The notes under the pieces were generated by a model. The model saw nothing but the letters and a program-made list of their open reading frames with translations, was not told the DNA's origin and made no database searches. A program made the translations under genes and the position numbers. A DNA stretch of 63,438 nucleotides from Candidatus Kaiserbacteria bacterium (GTDB lineage: Bacteria; Patescibacteriota; Minisyncoccia; Phycocordibacterales; UBA918): positions 1 through 63,438 of the forward strand of contig JAYVIL010000085.1 of the NCBI GenBank assembly GCA_043770255.1. Direction: 5' to 3'. Every line of letters begins with the position of its first letter. Within the stretch, counting starts at the first letter, position 1. Positions 1-8,555 of this stretch are shown piece after piece.

Positions 1-165
1 GCCATTTTTTACTTGATCTGTCGTGCCGACATTCACGGGGGCTTCTGTGTTGGATGTGGGTGGGGCTGCTGGGGGCGGAGTCCAGGCGGCGTTCATAAAA
101 TTGTACGTAACGAAGCCAAATAAAATTATCGCTGCGGGGATAATGGCCGTTAGATTTTTTCTCAT
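1..165 (-). CDS. 5' part of a gene for a membrane-anchored/secreted protein; runs off the window start
   Basis: ATG at 165-163 on the minus strand, with the frame open to base 1. It translates to MRKNLTAIIPAAIILFGFVTYNFMNAAWTPPPAAPPTSNTEAPVNVGTTDQVKNG: a basic N-terminus, a hydrophobic helix, then a Pro-rich linker. It is absent from the ORF track because there is no stop in the window. Confidence 0.4.
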   Translation of the reverse strand, partial: MRKNLTAIIPAAIILFGFVTYNFMNAAWTPPPAAPPTSNTEAPVNVGTTDQVKNG

Positions 166-209
166 TACACATAGTATACTAATATACTGTATGGATATGT
201 GCTTAAGTT

Positions 210-245
210 ATACACACAAAAGCCCGCTACGGATGGTAGCGGGCA
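210..245 (-). terminator. intrinsic terminator downstream of rpsJ
   Basis: GC hairpin GCCCGCTAC-CATCC-GTAGCGGGC (222-244) followed on the minus strand by TTTTGTGTG. Confidence 0.6.
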
Positions 246-282
246 TTTGTTGCGTTTGGGCGTAGAATCAAGGAGACTCCTC

Positions 283-630
283 CTAGAGCATCTTGACGTC
301 AATGTTGACTCCGGACGGGAGCGACAGATTGGTCAGAGCTTCAATGACTTTTGGGCTAGGATTCATAATATCAATGACTCGTTTGTGAGTTCGCATTTCG
401 AATTGTTCTCGCGCGTCTTTGTAAACAAACGATGCTCGGTTGACGGTATACTTTTTGATTTCTGTTGGTAGTGGAATTGGTCCGACTACTTGAGCATCAA
501 AACGTAGGGCCGTATCAATGATTTGCTTGACTGAACTGTCCAAAATTTTGTGCTCGAAGGCACGAACGCGGATGCGTAACTTTGAAACTGTTTCAGTAGT
601 AGCTTTCGCTTTTTTAGTTGTAGTTACCAT
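283..630 (-). CDS. rpsJ: 30S ribosomal protein S10
   Basis: The 115-aa translation is typical of S10 (LRIRVRAFEHKILD...GPIPLPTEIKKYTVNRASFVYKDAREQFEMRTHKRVIDI) and the gene sits directly after tuf. Confidence 0.95.
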   Translation of the reverse strand: MVTTTKKAKATTETVSKLRIRVRAFEHKILDSSVKQIIDTALRFDAQVVGPIPLPTEIKKYTVNRASFVYKDAREQFEMRTHKRVIDIMNPSPKVIEALTNLSLPSGVNIDVKML

Positions 631-653
631 AGTAATTTTAATTTACTCAGTTT

Positions 654-776
654 AAGGGTGCTGAGATTGCCCGAGCTGCTAGGCGCACAAGCAAATTTTT
701 GTGAGCCGTACTTGCGTACGGTGAACACAAATTTGCGCAGGGCAACAACGCAGATTGGGTAAGTCTCAGTGCCCTT
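654..776 (+). repeat. copy A of a recurrent hairpin element (tuf/rpsJ spacer)
   Basis: Hairpin at 691-736 with apex CCGTAC-TTGC-GTACGG and tail CAACAACGCAGAT. An outer 14-bp stem pairs 654-667 with 763-776. Related copies lie at 42845-42935, 45034-45120 and 42060-42150. Confidence 0.6.
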
Positions 777-1971
777 ACGCTACGATTTTGGTTACTACTC
801 CCGCACCCACAGTCTTCCCACCCTCACGAATCGCAAAGTTACCTCCCTGTTCTAGGGCTACCGGAGCTACTAGTTTAACTTTGAACGTAGCAGTATCACC
901 TGGCATAGTCATTTCTACACCTTCAGCCAATGTAACTTCACCTGTTACGTCAGTTGTACGGATGTAAAATTGTGGCTTGTACCCAGTAAAGAATGGTGTG
1001 TGACGACCACCTTCATCTTTTGAAAGTACGTATACTTCCGCTTCGAATTCGGTGTGCGGAGTTACTGAACCCTTGGCAGCCAAAACCTGACCACGGTGGA
1101 CGTCTTCCTTTTTGATACCACGGATGAGGATACCAGCGTTGTCTCCGGCCTGAGCTTGATCCAGCTGCTTGTTGAACATTTCTACTCCAGTCACTGTAGT
1201 TTCGAGAGTGTCTTTAATTCCAACAATTTGGATACTTTCCCCAACCTTTACCTTTCCACGCTCTACACGACCAGTTACTACCGTACCGCGTCCTTCGATA
1301 GAGAAGATGTCTTCTACTGGCATAAGGAAAGGCTTGTCGAGTTCACGCTCTGGTAGTGGGAAGTATGAGTCCATTGCATCAACGAGCTCAACCACCTTGT
1401 CTCCCCAAGCTGAAGTTGGATCTTCAAGAGCCTTTAGACCTGAACCATGGATGATTGGCGCATTAGCACCGTCAAAACCGTTCTTGGTCAAAAGTTCACG
1501 AAGTTCTTCTTCTACGAGCATAAGCATTTCTTCGTCATCAACCATATCGCACTTGTTGAGGAACACGATGATGTGTGGCACTCCTACTTGCTTGGCCAAA
1601 AGTACGTGTTCACGTGTTTGTGGCATCGCACCGTCTGTAGCAGCTACTACGAGCACGGCACCGTCCATCTGGGCAGCACCCGTAATCATGTTCTTGATAT
1701 AGTCCGCGTGACCAGGAGCATCAATGTGAGCGTAATGACGGTTAGGTGTGTTGTACTCACTGTGTGAAAGAGAAATAGTAATACCGCGCGCCTTTTCTTC
1801 TGGCGCTTTATCGATTTCGTCTACACCTTTTGTAGTAGCAGAGTAGCCACCACCTTTTTGGTTAAGTACTGTGAGGATAGCAGCCGTAAGCGTAGTCTTT
1901 CCGTGGTCAACGTGACCAATAGTACCTACGTTTACGTGCGGCTTTGAGCGATCAAATGTTTCTGCAGCCAT
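775..1971 (-). CDS. tuf: translation elongation factor Tu
   Basis: 398 aa with [18 protein letters not shown] and NKCD GTPase motifs. The full-length match to EF-Tu is unmistakable. Confidence 0.97.
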   Translation of the reverse strand: MAAETFDRSKPHVNVGTIGHVDHGKTTLTAAILTVLNQKGGGYSATTKGVDEIDKAPEEKARGITISLSHSEYNTPNRHYAHIDAPGHADYIKNMITGAAQMDGAVLVVAATDGAMPQTREHVLLAKQVGVPHIIVFLNKCDMVDDEEMLMLVEEELRELLTKNGFDGANAPIIHGSGLKALEDPTSAWGDKVVELVDAMDSYFPLPERELDKPFLMPVEDIFSIEGRGTVVTGRVERGKVKVGESIQIVGIKDTLETTVTGVEMFNKQLDQAQAGDNAGILIRGIKKEDVHRGQVLAAKGSVTPHTEFEAEVYVLSKDEGGRHTPFFTGYKPQFYIRTTDVTGEVTLAEGVEMTMPGDTATFKVKLVAPVALEQGGNFAIREGGKTVGAGVVTKIVA

Positions 1972-2254
1972 AATAATTTACGTTAATTATAATAATAAAG
2001 CGCTCACAGCTGCTATCAAAACAGTGTTGTCTGCACATCCGTCTCGGCGAGAACAATCGCGAGGCGGGTGGGCACACAAATATGTGTAAAGGAGCAGAAT
2101 ATGAGTTGCTCCGACATAACTTTTTGAGCTATGGTCGGTTGCGCAATATTATCAGATAATACATTTTTTGCAAGCCAGCTTCAAGCCGGCGTTTCCCTAA
2201 AAAACACCGTACCTGGTCCCAAACTGATTTTGACATCTGGTGGTGCGACCTGGG

Positions 2255-2653
2255 TTATAAACCCGGCGGGATTTCCTCTGCATTTTCGCTGTTTTTGGTT
2301 GACCTAAGCTGTTCAAGCGATGCTCTTTTATCTTCTTCGGGCACATCCGGTAAATTACTCCCAAGATTCTGTAAAATTTCACCTTTTTCGGCAGTAGATA
2401 TGGTCGTTGTTCCGTTATCACCCAGTCCTTTCAAAATAGCGAGTTTTTCAGCTAGATTTAACTCATTTGGGGTAACTACGGTTTCGGGAATAACCACGGT
2501 ATCAGTCACTAAACGAGTATTAACTGTTTCTTTTGCTATGTAGATACCGTAAAACACATATGCGCCAACGAGTCCTAGCAATACCAAAAAAAGGAATCCG
2601 GTAATAAGATATTGTGGCAAGGTGGTGCTGAGTTTAGAGGGATAATTTTTCAT
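2255..2653 (-). CDS. small single-pass membrane protein, function unknown
   Basis: 132 aa with an N-terminal TM helix (ITGFLFLVLLGLVGAYVFYGIYI). It lies 9 nt downstream of the preceding secreted-protein gene. Confidence 0.5.
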   Translation of the reverse strand: MKNYPSKLSTTLPQYLITGFLFLVLLGLVGAYVFYGIYIAKETVNTRLVTDTVVIPETVVTPNELNLAEKLAILKGLGDNGTTTISTAEKGEILQNLGSNLPDVPEEDKRASLEQLRSTKNSENAEEIPPGL

Positions 2654-2662
2654 ATGAATGTA

Positions 2663-3826
2663 TTACACCTCTTGTGCCGAGGGGATTATTTCTACCGCGG
2701 TACTGGCTTCAGCTGTTCCAAACGTACCCGTACAGGCAATCCTGAACACTGATTTTGAATACAGTGCGCCTGAGCTTTGTGAACCGCCGGTTGTGGTTGC
2801 TCCGCTTAATCCGGGACCACTGAGAGTGCAGGAACCGGTAGTGAGCGGGGACGGGGTGATAGTCCAGTCAACAGTCACCGTGTCACCCGCCCTTACAATC
2901 ACCCTATTATTAGTCGTAATAGTAATAACTGGAGGGTTGACGACACACTGTGTACCTGAAGCCACGGTGCCTGCCACACAACCAGCATTAACAGGAATGG
3001 AATTTAATTGGCCGCTCGCATCACTTACCCTGATAGTATTAGAACCTAACTGAAGCTGATTCATTTGATTAGTACCACTCGTGGCTGTCGAAAAAACAGC
3101 GTTCGTAGTGACATTCCTCACTTCATAAGGTGCGACCGCATTAGTAATATTCCACGTAGTAGCTGCCATACAATTAGAACCATTAAGGGGGATGGTGCAG
3201 CTGGCCATAGATATGGTTGCGCCCGGTTTCAACCATGAAACGTGGGTAAACATATTTACCCAGCCAACCACATCACTCCCCCAGGCGTATGAGTTAGTCA
3301 CGAGGCCGCTGACATTTGTTGATATTTGATGATTGGTACCACTAAGCGCTATCCAGCCGTCCCACAATCCAGAATTGTCGTTCATTGTCATGATTGAGCA
3401 GTTTTTCTGTTCGGTGGTTGTAGGATTGTCTGTACCCGCGCACGCTCGAGCCCAACCAGTAAAACTAAGATTTGGATAGGTACCCGTTACACTGGCATTG
3501 ACTGCGCTTGTTCCACCCCCTATCGGGAAGGAGCTTAGGCCACCAAATTTAATCCAGCCAATATTGCTACTCCAGGCATATCCCGTGATTGTTCGATTGG
3601 CGTTAATCACCACTTCGTAATTTGAAGTAGCACAAATATTATTGCCAGTCACTCCTCCAGTCTTGCAGTTAAGAGATATCCAGCCAATATTGCTACTCCA
3701 GGCATACCCATCAAGTTCAGACGCCGGAATAACTTGAGCAGACACTGCCTGCACCCCCGCGAGGTAGAAAAACAAACCAACCATGAGCAACTTTGCAACG
3801 TATCGAACATACGACGTATTTAGCAT
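2663..3826 (-). CDS. secreted repeat protein with G(Y/W)AWSxNIGWI motifs
   Basis: Signal-like N-terminus MLNTSYVRYVAKLLMVGLFFYLAGVQAVSAQ (the ATG at 3826 is preferred over the TTG at 3853). GYAWSSNIGWI occurs twice with degenerate further copies, and the C-terminal half is Ig-like and T/S-rich. Confidence 0.6.
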   Translation of the reverse strand: MLNTSYVRYVAKLLMVGLFFYLAGVQAVSAQVIPASELDGYAWSSNIGWISLNCKTGGVTGNNICATSNYEVVINANRTITGYAWSSNIGWIKFGGLSSFPIGGGTSAVNASVTGTYPNLSFTGWARACAGTDNPTTTEQKNCSIMTMNDNSGLWDGWIALSGTNHQISTNVSGLVTNSYAWGSDVVGWVNMFTHVSWLKPGATISMASCTIPLNGSNCMAATTWNITNAVAPYEVRNVTTNAVFSTATSGTNQMNQLQLGSNTIRVSDASGQLNSIPVNAGCVAGTVASGTQCVVNPPVITITTNNRVIVRAGDTVTVDWTITPSPLTTGSCTLSGPGLSGATTTGGSQSSGALYSKSVFRIACTGTFGTAEASTAVEIIPSAQEV

Positions 3827-4010
3827 TACTAGTAGTATATCGCACATTTGCAACCAGATTTAATTTATACCCAAAATTTTGTCCAGGTAGCGTGATTTAT
3901 TAAACAAATTAATTAGGTATTCCCGTTATTGCTGTAAACAGCATTTTGTACAAAAAATAAGGGTAGCGTGCGTAAGCGGGTTGTCTAGATTATTAGTGTG
4001 CTATTTCTGT

Positions 4011-4457
4011 GTCTTTAAACTTTACGGTTTCAGTAAATTCTACGAATTCAGTACACCTTGTCAGTTTTTATTTCGGTTGAAACCTCATAAATACTAGGCA
4101 AGGTCGGAAAAAGACATGCCGAGTATTAAAAACAAAGCGCCCGATGGTGGCGCCTTGTTTTTATTCTTCTGTTTCCACATCCTTCTTCTTAACAGAAGCG
4201 GTACACCTTTTGGCTATTTTCTCCTTTCAGTCGAAACTAGCTCAAAAGGTCTTGCAGGATGTTAGGCTGCGACTAAAACAAAGCACCCTAAACGGGTGCT
4301 AATTGTTTTATTCTTCTGTTTCCACATCCTTCAAACTCTACGAGTTCAGTACACCCTGAGGCCACTTTGTTTCCCTTCAGTCACAAAGTAGCTCACAGGG
4401 TCCGTCAAAGATATCACGAAGAATAATATTTAAGCCCCCTAGTCGGGGGCTTAAATA
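4011..4457 (-). repeat. three tandem ~147-150 bp units downstream of fusA
   Basis: Unit starts are near 4011, 4161 and 4308, and the real fusA end at 4458 is the next start. Each unit holds a decayed copy of the fusA end (TTATTCTTCTGTTTCCACATCCTTC = KDVETEE*), a covarying hairpin and a terminator-like GC hairpin. Confidence 0.7.
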
Positions 4458-6629
4458 TTATTCTTCGGTTTCGATATCTTTGACGCCGCGCGCCTTTCGA
4501 ATTTCCATCGACACATTCGGTGGTACTACGTCGTAGTGGTCGAAGGTCATGGTCATGCTGGCACGTCCTTGGGTCATAGACCGGAGGGTGTTCGTGTACC
4601 CGAACATTTCAGAGAGTGGCACACTGGCGGTCACTACCTTCTTGTCGCCCAAGTCACCCATACTTTCTACCTGACCGCGTTTACTAGAAATATTTCCGTT
4701 TACGTCTCCCATGAACTGTTCTGGGGTACGAATTTCTACCTTCATAACTGGTTCAAGCAACACGGCATTGGCTTTTTTGGCAGCGTCACGGAAGGCGTGA
4801 ATGGCGGCGAGACGGAAGGCAATTTCACTCGAGTCTACATCATGGTAACTGCCGTCGTAGAGCTCAACTGATACGTCCTCCATCTTATAGCCCGCTACCT
4901 GACCTCGAGCCATCGCTTCTTTGGCCCCCTTCATTACCGCTGGAATAAATTCTTGTGGAATTACCCCTCCCTTGATGCTGTTGATGAATTCAAAGTGCTC
5001 TTCACGAGTCACGTTCTTGGCAATCTTTGCCTCTGGATCGACGGGCTCAAGTGGCTTGATACGAATCTTAACGTGACCATACTGTCCTTTACCACCTGAT
5101 TGCTTGATGTATTTGTGTTCGGCCTCAGCTGAGTTTTGAATGGTCTCACGGTAAGCTACTTGCGGTGCGCCCACATTAGCTTCAACACCAAACTCACGTT
5201 TCATACGGTCAACAAGAATCTCCAGGTGCAGTTCACCCATACCGGAAATGATAGTTTCCATAGTCTCTGAATCAGATGACACAATGAAAGTCGGGTCTTC
5301 ATCAGCTAGTTTTTTCAGGGCTACTCCCATTTTTTCTTGATCATTCTTGGTCTTTGGCTCAACCCGCATGGCTACCACCGGAATTGGGAAGACAATTTCT
5401 TCTAGCACAATCGGCTTGGCTTCGTCACAAAGAGTGTGTGAGGTCTTTACATCCTTTAACCCTACACCAGCCGCAATTTCACCAGCGTACACTTCTTCAA
5501 TCTCAGTTCGCTTATCCGCCTGGAGTCGTACGATACGCCCCAATCGTTCTTTTTCACCGGTGGTGGCATTGTAAATGTAACTACCAGCTTTTACAACTCC
5601 TGAATAGACACGGAAGAAAGTCAATTGACCTACGAATGGGTCTGTTTGTAGTTTGAAGGCGAGAGAACAAAATGGTTCTTCATCACTAGCGGTACGGGTT
5701 ACCTCTTCATCAGTCTTTGGGTTAATACCACGAACTGGCGGGAGATCAGTCGGAGCCGGTAGATAATCCACCACACCGTCGAGCACGAGCTGAACACCGA
5801 TGTTCTTCAAGGCTGAACCAGTCATGACCGGGAACAGCTGGTTAGCGAGCACTGCTTTGCGGAGAGTAGCTTTGAGGTCTGCGTCGGTTGGGAGATTACC
5901 TTCAAGGAACGCTTCCATCATGGCGTCATCATGTTCAACAACCCGTTCAATCAGCTCAGCTCGGTACTTTTCTGCATCAGCTTGGAGTTCACTCGGGATC
6001 TCGACTTCGCGAACGGTCATACCCATTTCACCTTCAAACACAAAGGCCTTCATTTTCACCAAGTCTATAACACCACTGAGGTGGTCTTCACAGCCCCATG
6101 GAATCTGAATCCGAACCGCTTTTTTAGACAGACGGTCTAAAATACTGGCATACGACTTTTCAAAGTCAGCCCCGAGACGGTCCATTTTGTTAATAAAACA
6201 AATACGTGGCACCCCAGCCTCGTCGGCATACCCCCAGTTGGTTTCTGATTGTGGTTCAACGCCAGCTACCGAGTCAAATACTACGACTGCACCGTCGAGC
6301 ACACGCATTGAACGCTTTACTTCAGCCGTGAAGTCGATGTGGCCGGGTGTGTCGATGATGTTAAAGTTGTACATCTGTGACTTGTCCTTGCGGTCCTCTA
6401 CTTCTGATTTCGACCAGTTACAAGAAATCGCGGCAGCGGTAATCGTAATACCACGCTCCCGTTCCTGTTCCATCCAGTCGGTAACAGTGGCACCATCGTG
6501 TACTTCACCGATTTTGTGCGACATACCGGTATAGAACAATACGCGTTCAGACGTAGTTGTTTTACCCGCGTCCACGTGGGCCACGATACCAAAATTACGC
6601 ATGCGACTAATCGGAAATTCTCGAGCCAT
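4458..6629 (-). CDS. fusA: translation elongation factor G
   Basis: 723 aa with AHVDAGKTT, DTPGHIDF and NKMDR motifs, and full-length EF-G character. Confidence 0.97.
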   Translation of the reverse strand: MAREFPISRMRNFGIVAHVDAGKTTTSERVLFYTGMSHKIGEVHDGATVTDWMEQERERGITITAAAISCNWSKSEVEDRKDKSQMYNFNIIDTPGHIDFTAEVKRSMRVLDGAVVVFDSVAGVEPQSETNWGYADEAGVPRICFINKMDRLGADFEKSYASILDRLSKKAVRIQIPWGCEDHLSGVIDLVKMKAFVFEGEMGMTVREVEIPSELQADAEKYRAELIERVVEHDDAMMEAFLEGNLPTDADLKATLRKAVLANQLFPVMTGSALKNIGVQLVLDGVVDYLPAPTDLPPVRGINPKTDEEVTRTASDEEPFCSLAFKLQTDPFVGQLTFFRVYSGVVKAGSYIYNATTGEKERLGRIVRLQADKRTEIEEVYAGEIAAGVGLKDVKTSHTLCDEAKPIVLEEIVFPIPVVAMRVEPKTKNDQEKMGVALKKLADEDPTFIVSSDSETMETIISGMGELHLEILVDRMKREFGVEANVGAPQVAYRETIQNSAEAEHKYIKQSGGKGQYGHVKIRIKPLEPVDPEAKIAKNVTREEHFEFINSIKGGVIPQEFIPAVMKGAKEAMARGQVAGYKMEDVSVELYDGSYHDVDSSEIAFRLAAIHAFRDAAKKANAVLLEPVMKVEIRTPEQFMGDVNGNISSKRGQVESMGDLGDKKVVTASVPLSEMFGYTNTLRSMTQGRASMTMTFDHYDVVPPNVSMEIRKARGVKDIETEE

Positions 6630-6735
6630 ATAATATGTGTATAAATTATGTGTAAGTACCTGTCTTTCGTATCACCGAGACGCATGGGGCGCACTAAGGA
6701 GAAAAGAAAATTGCCAACAAAGGCAAGGTGCCAGT

Positions 6736-6764
6736 ACTATACGGTATCGGACTCAAATCGGCAA
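6736..6764 (-). promoter_or_regulatory. candidate sigma-70-type promoter for fusA
   Basis: On the minus strand: TTGCCG (6764-6759), a 17-nt spacer, then TATAGT (6741-6736). It lies about 100 nt upstream of the fusA ATG. Confidence 0.45.
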
Positions 6765-6785
6765 TAGTAATGAGAATTTTTTAAA

Positions 6786-6818
6786 ACAAAAAAACCGCAG
6801 GTAGACCTGTGGTTTTTT
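6786..6818. terminator. bidirectional intrinsic terminator after the GH114-like gene
   Basis: AAAAAAACCGCAGGTAGACCTGTGGTTTTTT: a hairpin flanked by an A-run and a T-run. Confidence 0.6.
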
Positions 6819-6836
6819 GGATTTCGTTACATCTAT

Positions 6837-8384
6837 CTAATTAGGTGTCTGCTGTAGTTCGGCTAGCATTTTTTGCAACGTTTGCAATTGCAACATGAGG
6901 GCACTAATTTTGGCTTGCAGGGTGTCAACAGTTGCGCTATTTACTGTTTCCAGTAGACCCTCTGCTACATATCCATCGGTTCCGGTTGCAAAATTCACGG
7001 GTACCCAGGAACGATCATTAGCTCTGACACTCTTTCCGGTTTTGAAACCAATCGCTCCTTTGGGTTGAGTACCAATTTTTGTTCCGCCTGGTGTCAGTCG
7101 AACGTTTACGTTATCGGTGGTATACACCTTAACTGTAGAAATAGTACTAGTTGGAGTTGGAGTTGGAGTTGGAGTTGGGGTTGGGGTTGGGGTTGGGGTT
7201 GGGGTTACTTCAGCACTAACAACATATTTTACACTACGTGCTTTTGTATCGCCCGCTCCCACACAAGTCAGATTAAGGGTTTTGGTCCCAACAACAGTGG
7301 CTGGTATGACTTCGCTACCGCTAACTGTTTTTGAACCACTCCAAGCTCCCGTTGCCGAACAAGTAGTGGCATTAGTACTAGTCCAAGAAACTGTTACCGT
7401 TGAACCGACTGTTACCGAAGCAGGGGCAACAGAAATTGTAACTTGCGGAACGGGAGTTGGGGTTGGGGTTGGGGTTACACCACCGCCAGTCCAACAAACC
7501 TCGCGACTAGCATCCAGATCTAACTTCTTCTTCATCGACATAAATTTAAGTACATTTGCCTGTGGACAGAAACTAGTTGTAGCGACACTATATTCTGTTG
7601 TAAAAACTGGTTTACCGGCAGCAATAAAAGGTTTTAGGGTATCGCATTCTTTGTACTGAAAACACTGTTCATTAAGTGCCCAATCGAAATACGGCTCTAG
7701 TTCAACCACTTGATCAATATCATTTTTAAGACCAATCGAAAGATTGCGCGCATGGGCTTTCTCAGCCAGCCACTTATTATAGGTTATTTGATCTGCTCCA
7801 GTAAGCGGAAAATTTGTACTGTTTGTATATCCATCAATGTTATCTGGTTCAACACCATCACACCCTTTGGTCACGGCTAAATCCAAACGGGCCTCCATGA
7901 TTGGCCCTAGGGCTGATAAATTTCTAATATCGAGCCACCTCTCCCCGGCCCACCCATTTGTTTTACCGAGAACCGCTGCCGGAAATTGGGCCGCATCCGG
8001 TCGCCAATTTTCATATGAACCAGCTGAAAAATAACAGATTACTTTTTTACCCTTACCTTTTAGGGAAGTAATGGTCGCCGCTGGGGTATCAAAGAGATCA
8101 ATATCAAACATTTCTGCATCTACCATTTGATCAATGGTACCAGTGAGTTGCCACTGCCAGGTTGTATAGATGCCTGGCTTATACCAATTACCCGTACTCG
8201 CGCCGAGCACTGCACTTTTTGCATGATTCCTCTGATACTCAGTAATATCTCGTTGCAGTTGATCCACCGCTATTTGGACGTCATCCAGAGTCGCAGCCTG
8301 AGCAGGCAGGAAAAAACCAACCCCGGCGAGCAGTGCAAAGACCAGCGCCATAATAAATTTAAAGTTTGTGACAATTGATTTCAT
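6837..8384 (-). CDS. secreted glycoside hydrolase family 114-like protein (endo-alpha-1,4-polygalactosaminidase family) with PT linkers, Ig-like and SH3-like C-terminal domains
   Basis: Signal peptide MKSIVTNFKFIMALVFALLAGVGFFLPAQA. The core (WQWQL...VICYFSAGSYENWRPD...GERWLDIR...GCDGVEPDNIDGY...GLKND) matches what I recall of the GH114/TM1410-like fold. TPTPTP linkers are present. Confidence 0.65.
   Translation of the reverse strand: MKSIVTNFKFIMALVFALLAGVGFFLPAQAATLDDVQIAVDQLQRDITEYQRNHAKSAVLGASTGNWYKPGIYTTWQWQLTGTIDQMVDAEMFDIDLFDTPAATITSLKGKGKKVICYFSAGSYENWRPDAAQFPAAVLGKTNGWAGERWLDIRNLSALGPIMEARLDLAVTKGCDGVEPDNIDGYTNSTNFPLTGADQITYNKWLAEKAHARNLSIGLKNDIDQVVELEPYFDWALNEQCFQYKECDTLKPFIAAGKPVFTTEYSVATTSFCPQANVLKFMSMKKKLDLDASREVCWTGGGVTPTPTPTPVPQVTISVAPASVTVGSTVTVSWTSTNATTCSATGAWSGSKTVSGSEVIPATVVGTKTLNLTCVGAGDTKARSVKYVVSAEVTPTPTPTPTPTPTPTPTPTSTISTVKVYTTDNVNVRLTPGGTKIGTQPKGAIGFKTGKSVRANDRSWVPVNFATGTDGYVAEGLLETVNSATVDTLQAKISALMLQLQTLQKMLAELQQTPN
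7151..7206. repeat. hexanucleotide microsatellite (TTGGAG x4, TTGGGG x5) encoding a (PT)n linker
   Basis: Direct read of 7151-7206. A shorter GTTGGG run lies at 7454-7476. Confidence 0.85.
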
Positions 8385-8523
8385 ATTTTAATGTACTAAC
8401 TACACAACTGATATCATATTAATATCATAAAAGGTGCCCCCAAAGCAGGGGCACCTCTATTTACGTTTATTATATAACTTCGGTTCCTTTTTTATTTTTC
8501 TAACTGTTGATAACAAATCAAAA

Positions 8524-8548
8524 AAGCCCCGCTTGTAGGCGGGACTTT
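8524..8548 (-). terminator. intrinsic terminator after the 8556-8936 gene
   Basis: On the minus strand: CCCGC-CTACAA-GCGGG followed by GCTTTTTT. Confidence 0.5.
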
Positions 8549-8555
8549 CCAACGA

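Noticed and set aside
755-1767. Several 70-177-aa plus-strand ORFs inside tuf, with similar ones at 4536-6534 inside fusA
   Set aside because: They are antisense or shadow frames of highly conserved genes. Their translations are low-complexity and Ser/Thr/Pro-rich.
1972-2254. tRNA genes upstream of tuf, as in thrU-tyrU-glyT-thrT-tufB arrangements
   Set aside because: I could find no cloverleaf-compatible sequence and no GTTCRANYC T-loop on either strand. There are only hairpins resembling the intergenic element family.
4011-4457. A possible CRISPR array downstream of fusA
   Set aside because: The units are ~150 bp and the whole unit is repeated. There is no 25-40-nt repeat / unique spacer alternation and there are no cas genes.
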